In this document: one piece after another, positions 1 through 9,923 of the stretch | How the letters are laid out: each line of letters begins with the position of its first letter | Position numbering within the stretch: position 1 is the stretch's first letter | Assembly: GCA_963752255.1 (NCBI GenBank) | Contig: CAVVXT010000019.1 | Location: forward strand, 1 to 64,000 | Direction: 5' to 3' | DNA from: Nitrososphaeria archaeon | GTDB taxonomy: Archaea; Thermoproteota; Nitrososphaeria; JACIWG01 | DNA: 64,000 nucleotides | Made by a program: the position numbers and the translations under genes | The notes under the pieces: model-generated | The model's database searches: none | Told to the model about the DNA's origin: nothing | What the model saw: the letters and a program-made list of their open reading frames with translations, nothing else

Positions 1-412
1 GTGGTTTTTCTTTAAGTGTATTCTCTATGGCTTGTTTAAGGCGGAAGAATTGCCATCCGACGTCTGGTACGGGCACGTTTAGCTGTTTGAGGATTTGGAG
101 CAATGTAGAATATGGACTTCGGGTTCTGCCTGCGTTAACATAGGCTGTACCTACTGGCGAGTTAATCCTTTTTGAGTGGCTCTCGGTTTCTTTTAGTAAG
201 TATTGAATGCAGGCTGTTTTGCCTGTTCCGGGAAGACCCCACACGAATAGGTTTCTTGCACGTCCCATCGTAAATATATCAGAGATGTTGGATGCCATAA
301 GCGTTAGATCTTGCTCACGGCAAAGAGGTACGCCGTCCGGAGGGTCCGATTGTGAATCTAGAATAGTTGGGTCTAGAAGTATGCTACTCTTGATGTATTC
401 AAACAGGGGCAT
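1..412 (-). CDS. cdc6: Cdc6/Orc1-family AAA+ ATPase, 5' part (runs off window start)
   Basis: Not in ORF track. Manual translation from ATG at 412: MPLFEYIKSSILLDPTILD...LCREQDL...NLFVWGLPGTGKT (Walker A)...AYVNAG..., open to position 1. Confidence 0.85.
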   Translation of the reverse strand, partial: MPLFEYIKSSILLDPTILDSQSDPPDGVPLCREQDLTLMASNISDIFTMGRARNLFVWGLPGTGKTACIQYLLKETESHSKRINSPVGTAYVNAGRTRSPYSTLLQILKQLNVPVPDVGWQFFRLKQAIENTLKEKP

Positions 413-686
413 GAGATATCACCGATAGAGACAGAGAGAGACGGAGGGGGGTCCATCCCGCACTTAACATATTCAGGAAGCAATAAAGAAATGCATAAGG
501 AAAATGTTTATCCGACTGAGTTCAAGCTGCAGGAAAAGCTAATAGCTGTTTAAATGAAAACAATACGTAAACTGCTGAAGACTATTGCCCGTCTCCCGAA
601 AATATTCATTCTAACAACGACTTACTTGACAGGAGTGTTTGACTGGAAAATGTTTTTACACAGCTAACGCATTCGTCTGTGTACAA

Positions 687-810
687 GCCGGGGTGGCGGA
701 GTGGTTAACGCGCCAGCCTCGAGAATTGTAGCAAAGAGGGCTAAGACCGAAAGGCAAGATAGCTGGTGGGCTTCGTGCTCGCAGGGGTTCGAATCCCTTC
801 CCCGGCGCCA
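687..810 (+). tRNA. tRNA-Ser(CGA) with 37-nt intron (724..760) at position 37/38 and encoded CCA
   Basis: Acceptor GCCGGGG/CCCCGGC with G discriminator and CCA; anticodon stem CCAGC/GCTGG; loop CT-CGA-G|intron|A; long variable arm; T-arm GGGGTTCGAATCCCT. Confidence 0.93.
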
Positions 811-881
811 ATTGGACCTTGGCGTTCTGCTCGGTTTTCAAACCAAAACGCTTTAGTTATCAACAGGCTTACTTTGAAGGC

Positions 882-1283
882 ATGATCACTGTAAGACGCC
901 CTTTGTATCTTACGCGTTTTAAAAAGCATGTTTCAGACGCTCGAAATCACCTTCTGGGGGCTGATTATGTTCAGGCATCAGAAGAAGTTTGGGGAGCGCT
1001 ATCTTCGTTAGTAAATGCTTGGTCAATTGTTGAAGTTGCGTCGGTTGCAGCAAAGAAAGAAAAATTTGCAGACCTTTTTCAACTGTTATTAAAGGAAGAT
1101 TCCAATCTAAAACATTTATTGCTTGAGTCGCACTTTGATAATCCACTGCATTTTGCTTCGAAAACAGAAGGCTTACATCTTTACTTTTTGGGGAAAACGG
1201 ATTACCCAGAAGACTTCATAAAATCCACGTTAGAAGACACTTTAAGAGTGCTTGAAGAAGTTGAGAAAGTACTGGTTAAGTAG
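882..1283 (+). CDS. PaREP1-like (HEPN-superfamily) protein
   Basis: ADYVQASEEVWGA resembles the PaREP1 GDxVQASEKxWGA motif, with a later LHxxF. ATG at 882 preferred over the 819 start. Confidence 0.55.
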   Translation: MITVRRPLYLTRFKKHVSDARNHLLGADYVQASEEVWGALSSLVNAWSIVEVASVAAKKEKFADLFQLLLKEDSNLKHLLLESHFDNPLHFASKTEGLHLYFLGKTDYPEDFIKSTLEDTLRVLEEVEKVLVK

Positions 1284-1900
1284 TTTAAGTAATTGGACAA
1301 ATCGCTTGCTATTCCACTCAGCCCAAAGTAATTTGATACAGTTGTAAATTCGCAATGTTCAGCCGGTACCCCTTTTTGAGACAGGTTAAGCTTAATTCTG
1401 GAAAACAATGTAAGAATGTTCCGTATTAAATCAAAATCTCCCGCTAGCAACTTGCTATCTTGATTAACTTGTGACAGAAGCCCATCAAAGGTTAACAATG
1501 AATCGAGAATTTTGAAATAAAGGTCGTTATCTATAAGATCACGTTCTTTCAGCTTTGCGATTATTTGAGGAATTTGGGCTTTATCGGCTAACGATGAGTC
1601 AATAGAACTTGCAACATGTTCGAGGCTATCGAATAGTTGCCTGTCAACGGAGTTTATGGTGGTTACATACTGCCCACCGCCAAAAGTGCTCATGGTTCTT
1701 TGAACATTGATATTTGGAAAGGCTAAAACTGCGCTTTCCGTGGTTGCAAACGATTTAATGACAAAAATATTCTGTGCAAGGCAATGAATGTCTTTGGCGT
1801 TTTCTCGTTGAGAAATATTGCAAAATAAAAAAGGCGGACCAGTCGACATAAATATTATTCGCCTTAAACAGCACGTTTCCAACTTACTATGGGCGACCAA
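1202..1900 (-). CDS. Hypothetical protein (true start probably MSTGPP near 1849)
   Basis: 232-aa ORF, helical C-terminus, directly downstream of 1864..2319. Confidence 0.55.
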   Translation of the reverse strand: MVAHSKLETCCLRRIIFMSTGPPFLFCNISQRENAKDIHCLAQNIFVIKSFATTESAVLAFPNINVQRTMSTFGGGQYVTTINSVDRQLFDSLEHVASSIDSSLADKAQIPQIIAKLKERDLIDNDLYFKILDSLLTFDGLLSQVNQDSKLLAGDFDLIRNILTLFSRIKLNLSQKGVPAEHCEFTTVSNYFGLSGIASDLSNYLNYLTSTFSTSSSTLKVSSNVDFMKSSG

Positions 1901-2319
1901 TTAACAACATACGCAGGCTCATTAAGTTCATTTCTGTAATTCAAATTTACGGCAGCCATTGAAGGTATTGCTTTTAGTGTAACCAAGAAGGCTCCTTTTG
2001 TTGTTTCAACTTTAGTCTCTGAGGAGGCAGGAGTAAATTTAACTATATCAACAATTTGCCATCCATCGGTCGGTTGTTCACCTGCCTGGAAAAGAGGTTT
2101 GTCCTTTACCATTTCAGATGCTTTCGCCCCGATTTTTGTTATGGCAATACCTCCAGCATGCTTCACAAGGATGTTTACTCCTCCAAATACAGAGAAGCCG
2201 CCCTCACGAGCGTCTATAATGCTTACAGCCACTTTTAAAACCGAGCCATCTACTAATTCTACCGAACCGTCAATACTATTGCAGGTCAACGTAACCACCT
2301 TATCAATAAATGCATTCAA
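1864..2319 (-). CDS. Hypothetical beta-rich protein
   Basis: 151-aa ORF; two similar-looking halves (ELVDGSVLKV...; ...NEPAYVVNW). Confidence 0.55.
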   Translation of the reverse strand: MNAFIDKVVTLTCNSIDGSVELVDGSVLKVAVSIIDAREGGFSVFGGVNILVKHAGGIAITKIGAKASEMVKDKPLFQAGEQPTDGWQIVDIVKFTPASSETKVETTKGAFLVTLKAIPSMAAVNLNYRNELNEPAYVVNWSPIVSWKRAV

Positions 2320-2684
2320 AAACTATTAAAAACTTTGTCTGTTCAACAACTTAAGTACTGACAGAATGTATTTTTCTATAGAATTTTATTGTCTACTAAC
2401 CATTTTCCCGGTTCCAACAATTAAACTATAAGAATTATGTCTTTTTATGTAGACGATCTTGCGGTGCTGTCAAGGCTTGAAAACTTGTTATTGGTAATTG
2501 AAGCCCCCTCAGTTGGCATTGCCTACTTCAAGTTTCCTTGGTAAGCCTTCAAGAGAAAAAAGTTTGGGCAGAATGGAAGGCACATTTCGACAGTTAGCAG
2601 TATTGTTCAACAGTCTTAAAATCTCGGAGTCAGAAGCCTAAAACTTATATAATGAGAGTTAATAGATGAGATAATGGTGAAAAA

Positions 2685-2912
2685 ATGACTCTCTCTTTGG
2701 AAACAAAATTAATTGGAAGCGCCGCAGTCTACGCCGTTGCGGTTTTATTGTTGTATGGGCTGGTCATAGCTAACAGCATCCTGCCTAGCGTCTTCGTTGT
2801 AACCGCTGTTGCCTCCTTAGCTGTCTTGATGGGATTATGCTACACATTTTACAGGACCGCTAAAACACCAACGCCTAATGTTCTATCTGTAAGCAAGATT
2901 AGAAAGTTATGA
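2685..2912 (+). CDS. Small two-TM membrane protein
   Basis: Two hydrophobic segments; GGTGA RBS and TTATATAA TATA-like box upstream. Confidence 0.6.
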   Translation: MTLSLETKLIGSAAVYAVAVLLLYGLVIANSILPSVFVVTAVASLAVLMGLCYTFYRTAKTPTPNVLSVSKIRKL

Positions 2913-3049
2913 GGCTTTCCTGAACAACAATCAGGGGGTCACTTACAACATCAATACTTTTTTGCGAACAAACGCGCATTTTTTCATATTTTCAATAACC
3001 TGAATGTGGGTTAATTTTATATCTTGAATAGATTTTATTTTGGTTATAG

Positions 3050-3250
3050 GTGGGATTCAAGATGGAAAAGATTGCTGAGGGCATCAGTGACTTTGGCGAT
3101 TTTAAGGCGATTCTGTTTAGGACATCTGACGGCCGCCATTTCGTAAAATTTGAGCCTTCCTGTACGAAAGAAAATCCCCATGTTGAATGGCTCAGCGGCT
3201 ACGAGTATTTAGAGTGGCTCAGATGCTGGGGCAAATGTGCTGCAACATAA
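3050..3250 (+). CDS. Small hypothetical protein
   Basis: 66-aa ORF after a TATA-like TTTTATAT; in-frame ATG at 3062. Confidence 0.45.
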   Translation: MGFKMEKIAEGISDFGDFKAILFRTSDGRHFVKFEPSCTKENPHVEWLSGYEYLEWLRCWGKCAAT

Positions 3251-3316
3251 AAAAGTTGAGGAGAGAAAACTAGCTCGAAAAAACCGAACGGAAAAGAAGC
3301 CCCAATCGGGGGGTTA

Positions 3317-5170
3317 TTACTCGTTCATATAGGTTATGTCGTCCCACGGGTGCCTGTAGAGTCCCTGTTTTAGCCGTTTTTGGTCCAAGAAGTGCCCGAT
3401 CAAGCCGATTGTTCTGCCCAGCACGAATAAGCCGTTGAGTGCGCCCATCTTGACGTACTCGTCAGATTCTTCTTTGGGCATCTCGTTGCGTAGCATGTCG
3501 ACAAAGCATATTCCGATGCATCCGTCAACGTTCAGGATCAGGTTGTCTTTTTTGGCTGTCGTGAGTTTCTCAACTTCCAGAGCGTAATCTAGTAGCGGTG
3601 TAGCCTTGAAGTGTTTTTTTGCGTAGTTCTTCATGATGGTGACGCGCATGTCAGGGTTATTTACGCTTTTGATGAGGTGTCCGATGCCTTGGATGTTTTC
3701 GCCTTTCAGCTTCATTTCTTCGACGAATTGGACTGGTGATAACCCGCGGTCGTATGCGTCGGAGAAGCTTTGAGCCGCCCCGTCGATGGCGCCGCCGAAC
3801 CGTGGGCCTATTGTTAGCATGCCGCTTGCAACTGAAGACATCAGGTCTTTGCCTGCTCTGGTAGCGACTATGGTGTTGTGGGCACCTGAAACTGCGGGTC
3901 CATGGTCTGCTGTAACCATAAGGGACATCTCGATGAATTTCGTTGAGTAGTCTGGCAGCAGGCGTTTGAACCACAGGATGCTGAGTACCCCGCCTATTCC
4001 TATGTTCTGCTTAAAGACTTCGGAGATAGGCATCTTTCCATACAGCAGTTCTTCGCCACGGTCGTCGCTTATAGTGCAAATGAAGTTCGAGGGTTTGCGG
4101 ATTAAGCCTTCTTTGAGAGCTTTGGCGTAGTCCATCGGAATCTTCGGCACAGGGGGCTCAGGTTTCAGCTTGATGACGCCTTGTTCCACCAGACTCAGGT
4201 AAGTTTCCCTTATGTTCTGGTCGTAATCATCATAGGAGTTGGGAACGATGGCGCCTGCATTCATTAGCGCCGCGTTTTTTGCATCCGCGGTTTCCAAGTC
4301 ACATCCTGCTTTGGCGCCTGCGTGTCCGAACTGGACTTCGGTCTTGAATGCTTTGCTGCAGGTCCCTGTAACCCAAATTACGAGGGGTTTAGTTATCTTC
4401 TTGTTCTTCAATGCTTCGGCGATTTCGTATTCAGCGATGCCGCCTACCTCGCCTAAGCAGACGAGCATTTTGACCTCAGGGATGCCTTCGAATCTGAGAA
4501 GATGATCAAGAAGGGTCGAACCAGGGTAAGTGTCTCCGCCGATAGCGATTCCTTCATACAAGCCGTCGGTATTCCGCGCAATGATGTTGTAGGCTTCGTT
4601 ACTTAACCCACCTGATTTGGAAACGAACCCCACTGAGCCCGGCCTGTGAAGCTTAGACTCAATGATGTTTTCAATCGTGCCGCCGGCGTTTCCGATTTTG
4701 AAGCAGCCAGCTTTGATTCCTCCGACGGTTGCGGGACCAATGATTACTTTTCCGAGGGCTTTCGCTTTGGCGGTCAACATCTTTGTTTTGCGCTCGGGAA
4801 CGCCCTCTGCAATAATGATTATGGTGCGTAACTGCTGTAGGGCGAGGGCTTCTTCAGTTGAGGACGCCGCTGACCTGAACGAAGCAAAGTTCACCATTAC
4901 GTCGACGTTGGGATGCATCTGCGCAGCTTTCTCGAGGGTTTTGTACATGGGAATGAGGATTTCGTGTGTGCCGAAGAAGAATTTGGCGTAGCTGTCTGAC
5001 CCGGTTGGGTTGATTATTGCTGCCACCGAAGGGGTCTGTCGTCCAGCAGCGTAGTCGAAGTCAAGCATCCTCTGGGTTGCTGCGACCTGGTTGTTGTAGA
5101 TAAATGATTGAGTGTTCCTGTCGAAGAGTTCGTTGGAATTGGTTTTTTTAGCTGGATCCATCTTCGGCAT
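3317..5170 (-). CDS. aclA: ATP citrate lyase large subunit (CoA-binding + phospho-His + citryl-CoA lyase domains)
   Basis: GPATVGG, SKSGG, QFGHAGA phospho-His motif, [25 protein letters not shown]. Confidence 0.96.
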   Translation of the reverse strand: MPKMDPAKKTNSNELFDRNTQSFIYNNQVAATQRMLDFDYAAGRQTPSVAAIINPTGSDSYAKFFFGTHEILIPMYKTLEKAAQMHPNVDVMVNFASFRSAASSTEEALALQQLRTIIIIAEGVPERKTKMLTAKAKALGKVIIGPATVGGIKAGCFKIGNAGGTIENIIESKLHRPGSVGFVSKSGGLSNEAYNIIARNTDGLYEGIAIGGDTYPGSTLLDHLLRFEGIPEVKMLVCLGEVGGIAEYEIAEALKNKKITKPLVIWVTGTCSKAFKTEVQFGHAGAKAGCDLETADAKNAALMNAGAIVPNSYDDYDQNIRETYLSLVEQGVIKLKPEPPVPKIPMDYAKALKEGLIRKPSNFICTISDDRGEELLYGKMPISEVFKQNIGIGGVLSILWFKRLLPDYSTKFIEMSLMVTADHGPAVSGAHNTIVATRAGKDLMSSVASGMLTIGPRFGGAIDGAAQSFSDAYDRGLSPVQFVEEMKLKGENIQGIGHLIKSVNNPDMRVTIMKNYAKKHFKATPLLDYALEVEKLTTAKKDNLILNVDGCIGICFVDMLRNEMPKEESDEYVKMGALNGLFVLGRTIGLIGHFLDQKRLKQGLYRHPWDDITYMNE

Positions 5171-6484
5171 TTACTTCGCTCCTTTTAGCGCCATAGACAC
5201 AATTCTTGTCATGTGGGTTTCTGGTCCATACACCTCGATGGGTACGCCAAGCATCTCGCCCAACGCCCTCATCTGGCAAAGCCCTTCCTTATAATTGGGT
5301 CCGCCTCTTCGCACGTAGATCTTCACGTTATTTTCCTTAAGGTCCTTCTTGAACTCTTTGAGAGCACGTATTATGCCTTTGAAGGTGGCCGCCACGTCGG
5401 TGAAGTTGGCTATTCCTCCACCAATAAGCAGGAACTTTCCTTGCGGATGCGGTTTTCTCGTCATTAACTCAAGGATTGTCTTCGCGTAGAGATATGTGAA
5501 TTCTTCGCTTGGATCACCAGAGTATTCGCCGTAATTAGCCAGTTCGCTCATGAAACCAAAGTCTGTGATGGTGTCGGCGTAAATGACTGAGGCGCCGCCG
5601 CCTGCAACCATAGTCCAAACTCGTCCATAAGGGTTGAGAACCGTCAACTTCAGCGAAGCGCCAGTTTTAGAGTCTAAGTCTTCGATGAAAGCTTCTTCCT
5701 TGCTTGAAACTCTGCCGAACGGCGCTGGAAACTCGATAATGCCCCATTTTGAGCCGCTCTCAAACTCAGCGGTGCTGTCCAACTTTGCTGCAAGGTCAAG
5801 GGGAATAATCGAATCTTTTGTGACTACGAGCGGGTTTATTTCCAAATAGGTGAAGTTTAGGTCAGCGTAAAACTTGAACAATGCTTCGATGAAGCCTGCA
5901 AGATTGCTTTTGCAGTTGGCGGGAATTTTTTCTAAGAGCTTTTTCTGTATTTCGGCTGAAGTAGGATAGTTGCCGATAGGTACTTCCAGTCGTAACGCCT
6001 TACTATCCACGTCGCCGACGTTTACTCCGCCTTCATGATAGAAGAGGATAGTATCGCCGCTTTTGTTGGAGGTAATGGCAAGGTAGCATTCGTCTGAGTC
6101 TTTGTGGGGTGTCATTGGTTCGATGATGAATTGGGTCAGTTGCCCTACGGTTCCTTTCCCGAATGGTTTGCCTTCGGAGTCGAAGCTGCCGTAGATAGTT
6201 ACGGGGTCTTTAGATTTTTCTTCGAGCCATGATTTGGCTTGGTTGAAGTTTGCATTGACGAGAATAAGCTTATTTTTTCCTCTGCGTTTTATCAACTGGT
6301 CAGGTTTGACCACTAATTTTTCAGTATTTAACCACCCGTACTGTTTGGGCAGCTTTGCTAAGTCCGTGTTGGGTCCTACACTGACGATTTTGTCCGAAAC
6401 AGTGTATTTTCCAGCTGAGTATTCTTTTAGAAGACGTGCAAGCATACATTTGCCGTCAGCTTCTCGGATTGCCTTATGAGCCAT
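5171..6484 (-). CDS. aclB: ATP citrate lyase small subunit (ATP-grasp + citrate-binding)
   Basis: KPDQLIKRRGK, YLEINP, WTMVAGGGASV, ANYGEYSG, GGGIANFT, RRGGPNY. Confidence 0.96.
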   Translation of the reverse strand: MAHKAIREADGKCMLARLLKEYSAGKYTVSDKIVSVGPNTDLAKLPKQYGWLNTEKLVVKPDQLIKRRGKNKLILVNANFNQAKSWLEEKSKDPVTIYGSFDSEGKPFGKGTVGQLTQFIIEPMTPHKDSDECYLAITSNKSGDTILFYHEGGVNVGDVDSKALRLEVPIGNYPTSAEIQKKLLEKIPANCKSNLAGFIEALFKFYADLNFTYLEINPLVVTKDSIIPLDLAAKLDSTAEFESGSKWGIIEFPAPFGRVSSKEEAFIEDLDSKTGASLKLTVLNPYGRVWTMVAGGGASVIYADTITDFGFMSELANYGEYSGDPSEEFTYLYAKTILELMTRKPHPQGKFLLIGGGIANFTDVAATFKGIIRALKEFKKDLKENNVKIYVRRGGPNYKEGLCQMRALGEMLGVPIEVYGPETHMTRIVSMALKGAK

Positions 6485-6496
6485 CTATATCTCCCT

Positions 6497-7714
6497 TCAT
6501 TGAAGAAGCTTCTTTAGTTTCTTCGCAACCTCAGCAATAAACTCCTCTGTGTAAACCTGATGGTTCTTCGCATCTGGCGTGACAACCTGCATCAAGTCGC
6601 CTGTCAAGACGCCGCTTTCAACCGTTTGCAAAGCAGCCGCCTCGAGTTTATTTGCGAATACAACGACTTCCGGCGTCTTATCTAGTTCGCCTCGTTTTCT
6701 TAAGCAGCCGCTCCAAGCGAAGATGAGCGCCATTGGGTTGCTTGATGTTTTTTCGCCTTTGAGGTACTTGTAGTAGTGTTTCTGCACGGTGCCGTGGGAT
6801 GCTTCAAACTCGTAGAAACCATGCGGGCTGACAAGAACCGAGGTCATCATTGCTAGACTGCCGTAGGCTGAACCTAGCATGTCGCTCATGACGTCGCCGT
6901 CGTAGTTTTTACAAGCCCAAAGCAAACCGCCTTCGGACTTCATGATGCGCGCAACTGCGTCGTCGATTAAGGTGAAGAAGTAATCGAGCTCTGCCGCCTT
7001 GAATTTGGCTGCCCAGTTCTTCTGATATTCATCCTCGAAAATCTTGCGGAACTCGCCATCGTAAGTTTTGGAAATCGTGTCTTTGGCGCCGAACCACAGA
7101 TGGATTTTCTGGTCGTAGGCGTAGGTGAAGCATGATTTGGCGAAGCTTTCGATGGATTTGTCGGTGTTGTGGATGCCTTGGATGACGCCTGGACCCTTAA
7201 AGTCTTGAATAGTGCCACGGAACAGCTCCTTGCCAGCTGCGTTTGTAAAGGTCAACTCGGCTTTCCCCGCTTCAGGAACCCGAAACTCAAGATTCTTGTA
7301 GACGTCGCCGTAGGCGTGCCTTCCAATGTGGATAGGTTTCTTCCAGCTTCTTACCGATGGAGGAATGTTCTTGACCAAGATCGGTGCGCGGAAAACCGTG
7401 CCGTCCAACGCAGCTCTAATTGTTCCGTTGGGACTGCTCCATTCTTTTTTGAGGTTATATTCTTTTACGCGTTCTTTGTTCGGGGTGATGGTGGCGCATT
7501 TGACGCCGACGCCGTATTTTTTTATGGCTTCTGCCGCTTCAAGCGTGATTTTATCGTCAGTCTCATCCCGCTTTTTGAGCTGAAGGTCATAATAGGCGAG
7601 TTCCATGTCTAAGTATGGCATGAGAAGCTGGTCTTTCACCATTTTCCACATTATCCGAGTCATTTCGTCTCCATCTATCTCGACGATCGGTGTCTTAACT
7701 TTTATTTTGTCCAT
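6497..7714 (-). CDS. icd: NADP-dependent isocitrate dehydrogenase (eukaryote-like subfamily)
   Basis: [48 protein letters not shown]. Confidence 0.96.
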   Translation of the reverse strand: MDKIKVKTPIVEIDGDEMTRIMWKMVKDQLLMPYLDMELAYYDLQLKKRDETDDKITLEAAEAIKKYGVGVKCATITPNKERVKEYNLKKEWSSPNGTIRAALDGTVFRAPILVKNIPPSVRSWKKPIHIGRHAYGDVYKNLEFRVPEAGKAELTFTNAAGKELFRGTIQDFKGPGVIQGIHNTDKSIESFAKSCFTYAYDQKIHLWFGAKDTISKTYDGEFRKIFEDEYQKNWAAKFKAAELDYFFTLIDDAVARIMKSEGGLLWACKNYDGDVMSDMLGSAYGSLAMMTSVLVSPHGFYEFEASHGTVQKHYYKYLKGEKTSSNPMALIFAWSGCLRKRGELDKTPEVVVFANKLEAAALQTVESGVLTGDLMQVVTPDAKNHQVYTEEFIAEVAKKLKKLLQ

Positions 7715-7729
7715 TCCCTTGTCCTCCCT

Positions 7730-9667
7730 TCAACTCTGCTTGACCGTGTACGGAAGCAAGCCGCCCGCGAAAAGAATGTCCTTCTGCCTCTGAGAAAGAT
7801 TGTAGGCAAGCTCAATCTCCAGTTTTTTGGTTTTATTCACCAGAATGATTGGTTGGCTATTTTGGAGTTTCATTTTGATATCGGGGATTTCGATTTCGTC
7901 GCCCTGGCTAAGTTTGTCGTAGTCACCCATGTTCTTGAATGACAGCGAGATTATGCCGAAATTCACAAGGTTAGCGGCGTGGATACGTTCCACCGATTTG
8001 GCGATGATCGCCTTGACGCCAAGGTACATTGGACAAAGCGCCGCGTGCTCCCTGCTGCTTCCTTGACCGTATGATTCGCCTGCAACGATGACCGTGTGAA
8101 GTCCTTTCTTCTTGGCTTCCATAGCGCGTTTCGGGAAGGCGGGGTCGATCGGTTCGAAAACGTATTCGGAGTATTTTAGTACGTTTGAGCGGTACTTGAG
8201 TCTGGCTCCCGCGGGCATTATGTGGTCCGTTGTGATTTTGTCGCCGACTTTAATCCCGATTACTCCTTTGATTTGCTCGGGCATTGGGTCGTTGGTGGGT
8301 GGTGCGCCGATGTTTGGTCCCCTTGCGATTTCTACGTTTTTGTCGGCATCTTTTGGGAAAATGAACATTGAATCGTCAACAAGGAATTTCGTTGGCATAT
8401 CCACTTTTGGGTAAGCTATGCCTGCTTTTCTTGGGTCAGTGAATTTACCTGTGATTGCCGCTACGGCTGCAACTTCGGGGCTTACAAGGTAAACCTGCGC
8501 ATCGGCTGTGCCGCTTCTGCCCTCGAAGTTCCTGTTACTCGTTCGCAGCGACGTGCCAGCCGACATTGGGCTCATGCTGTTACCTATACAGAATCCGCAT
8601 GCCGCCTCAAGCAGCCTCGCGCCGGAGTCCAATAGGTCGCCGATGTAGCCGTCTCGCGCTGCCATCTGCAGAACTTGCCTTGAGCCTGGGGCGACACCGA
8701 AGGATACGTCAGGGTGGACTTTTTTGCCCTTCATGATTTTGGCAACGGTCGCGATTTCTTTGTAAGATGAGTTGGTGCAGGATCCAAGCATGACTTGGTC
8801 AACTTTTGTTTCTTTCATGTCGGCGACTTTGACGATGTTACCTGGGCTGTGAGGTGCCGCCGCAAGGGGCTCCAAAGTGGTGAGGTCGAGGTCAACGACT
8901 TTGTCGTATTCCGCGTCGTCGTCGGCCTTCAACTCAATCCAATCTGCCTCTCTGCCCTGCGCTTTGAGGAACTTTCTTGTTTCCTCGTCTGAGGGAAAAA
9001 TCGACGTGGTTACGCCCATCTCTGCGCCCATGTTAGTAATTGTTGCCCTCTCAGGAACGGTTAGGCTGTTGACACCGGGTCCAGCATACTCCATGACGAC
9101 ACCGACGTTGCCTTTCACCGTGAAAATTTCCAGCATTTTGAGGACGACGTCTTTGGCGGTGACCCACGGCTTGAGTTTGCCAGTGAGGTTGATTTTGCAG
9201 ACTTTTGGGCAAGTGAGGTAGAACTCGCCTCCGCCCATGGCCACTGCAACGTCTAATCCTCCGGCTCCGATGGCTATCATACCGATGCCTCCGCCGGTGG
9301 TGGTGTGGCTGTCAGAGCCAAGAAGGGTTTTTCCGGGTTTGCCAAAACGTTCCAGATGAACTTGATGACAGATCCCGTTTCCAGCTTTCGAGTAAATGAT
9401 GCCGTATTTAGCTGCAACAGTCTGAAGGTACTTGTGGTCGTCGGCGTTTTCGAAGCCTACTTGAATGGTGTTGTGGTCAACATAGCTTACGGAAAGCTCG
9501 GTTTTCACTTGCTTTAAACCCATTGCTTCAAACTGCAGGTAAGCCATGGTTCCAGTGGCGTCTTGAGTGAGGGTTTGGTCGATTTTTATGCCTATCTCGT
9601 TTCCAGGTACATACTCGCCTACTACAAGGTGTTTTTCAAGTATTTTTCTAGTAAGGGATCTTCCCAT
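7730..9667 (-). CDS. acn: Aconitate hydratase (single-chain, about 645 aa)
   Basis: TQDATG, GICHQV, GSDSHT, GSCTN, CGFCIG, SNRNFEGR, TTDHI, YGQGSSREHA. Start moved to ATG at 9667 behind a GGAGG RBS. Confidence 0.93.
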   Translation of the reverse strand: MGRSLTRKILEKHLVVGEYVPGNEIGIKIDQTLTQDATGTMAYLQFEAMGLKQVKTELSVSYVDHNTIQVGFENADDHKYLQTVAAKYGIIYSKAGNGICHQVHLERFGKPGKTLLGSDSHTTTGGGIGMIAIGAGGLDVAVAMGGGEFYLTCPKVCKINLTGKLKPWVTAKDVVLKMLEIFTVKGNVGVVMEYAGPGVNSLTVPERATITNMGAEMGVTTSIFPSDEETRKFLKAQGREADWIELKADDDAEYDKVVDLDLTTLEPLAAAPHSPGNIVKVADMKETKVDQVMLGSCTNSSYKEIATVAKIMKGKKVHPDVSFGVAPGSRQVLQMAARDGYIGDLLDSGARLLEAACGFCIGNSMSPMSAGTSLRTSNRNFEGRSGTADAQVYLVSPEVAAVAAITGKFTDPRKAGIAYPKVDMPTKFLVDDSMFIFPKDADKNVEIARGPNIGAPPTNDPMPEQIKGVIGIKVGDKITTDHIMPAGARLKYRSNVLKYSEYVFEPIDPAFPKRAMEAKKKGLHTVIVAGESYGQGSSREHAALCPMYLGVKAIIAKSVERIHAANLVNFGIISLSFKNMGDYDKLSQGDEIEIPDIKMKLQNSQPIILVNKTKKLEIELAYNLSQRQKDILFAGGLLPYTVKQS

Positions 9668-9923
9668 AAATGTCTCCTCCTTTGGAAAGGTTTGTTTTTC
9701 TTTTGTGTATTTAAAGGTTGTCAATTTATGGGAGATTAACATTTCCCTATTTACTTAAACTGAATTTACCAGCAAAAATTGCGACTTAAATTAAATTAAG
9801 CTGCCCTTTTTTTACAATTCTGTATTATCTGAAGCCAAAATTGCAGCCGCGAGCAAGACATTAGTCACGGAGCAAAAACTAAATTCTCAGGATGCAATTA
9901 TGTCACAAGTACTGGTGACTTTG

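Noticed and set aside
207-428. Plus-strand 73-aa ORF
   Set aside because: Antisense shadow of the minus-strand cdc6
656-929. Short ORFs over the tRNA
   Set aside because: They overlap tRNA-Ser and have no protein features
3657-9758. Many 60-150 aa ORFs inside acl/icd/acn
   Set aside because: Alternate-frame or antisense shadows of well-supported genes
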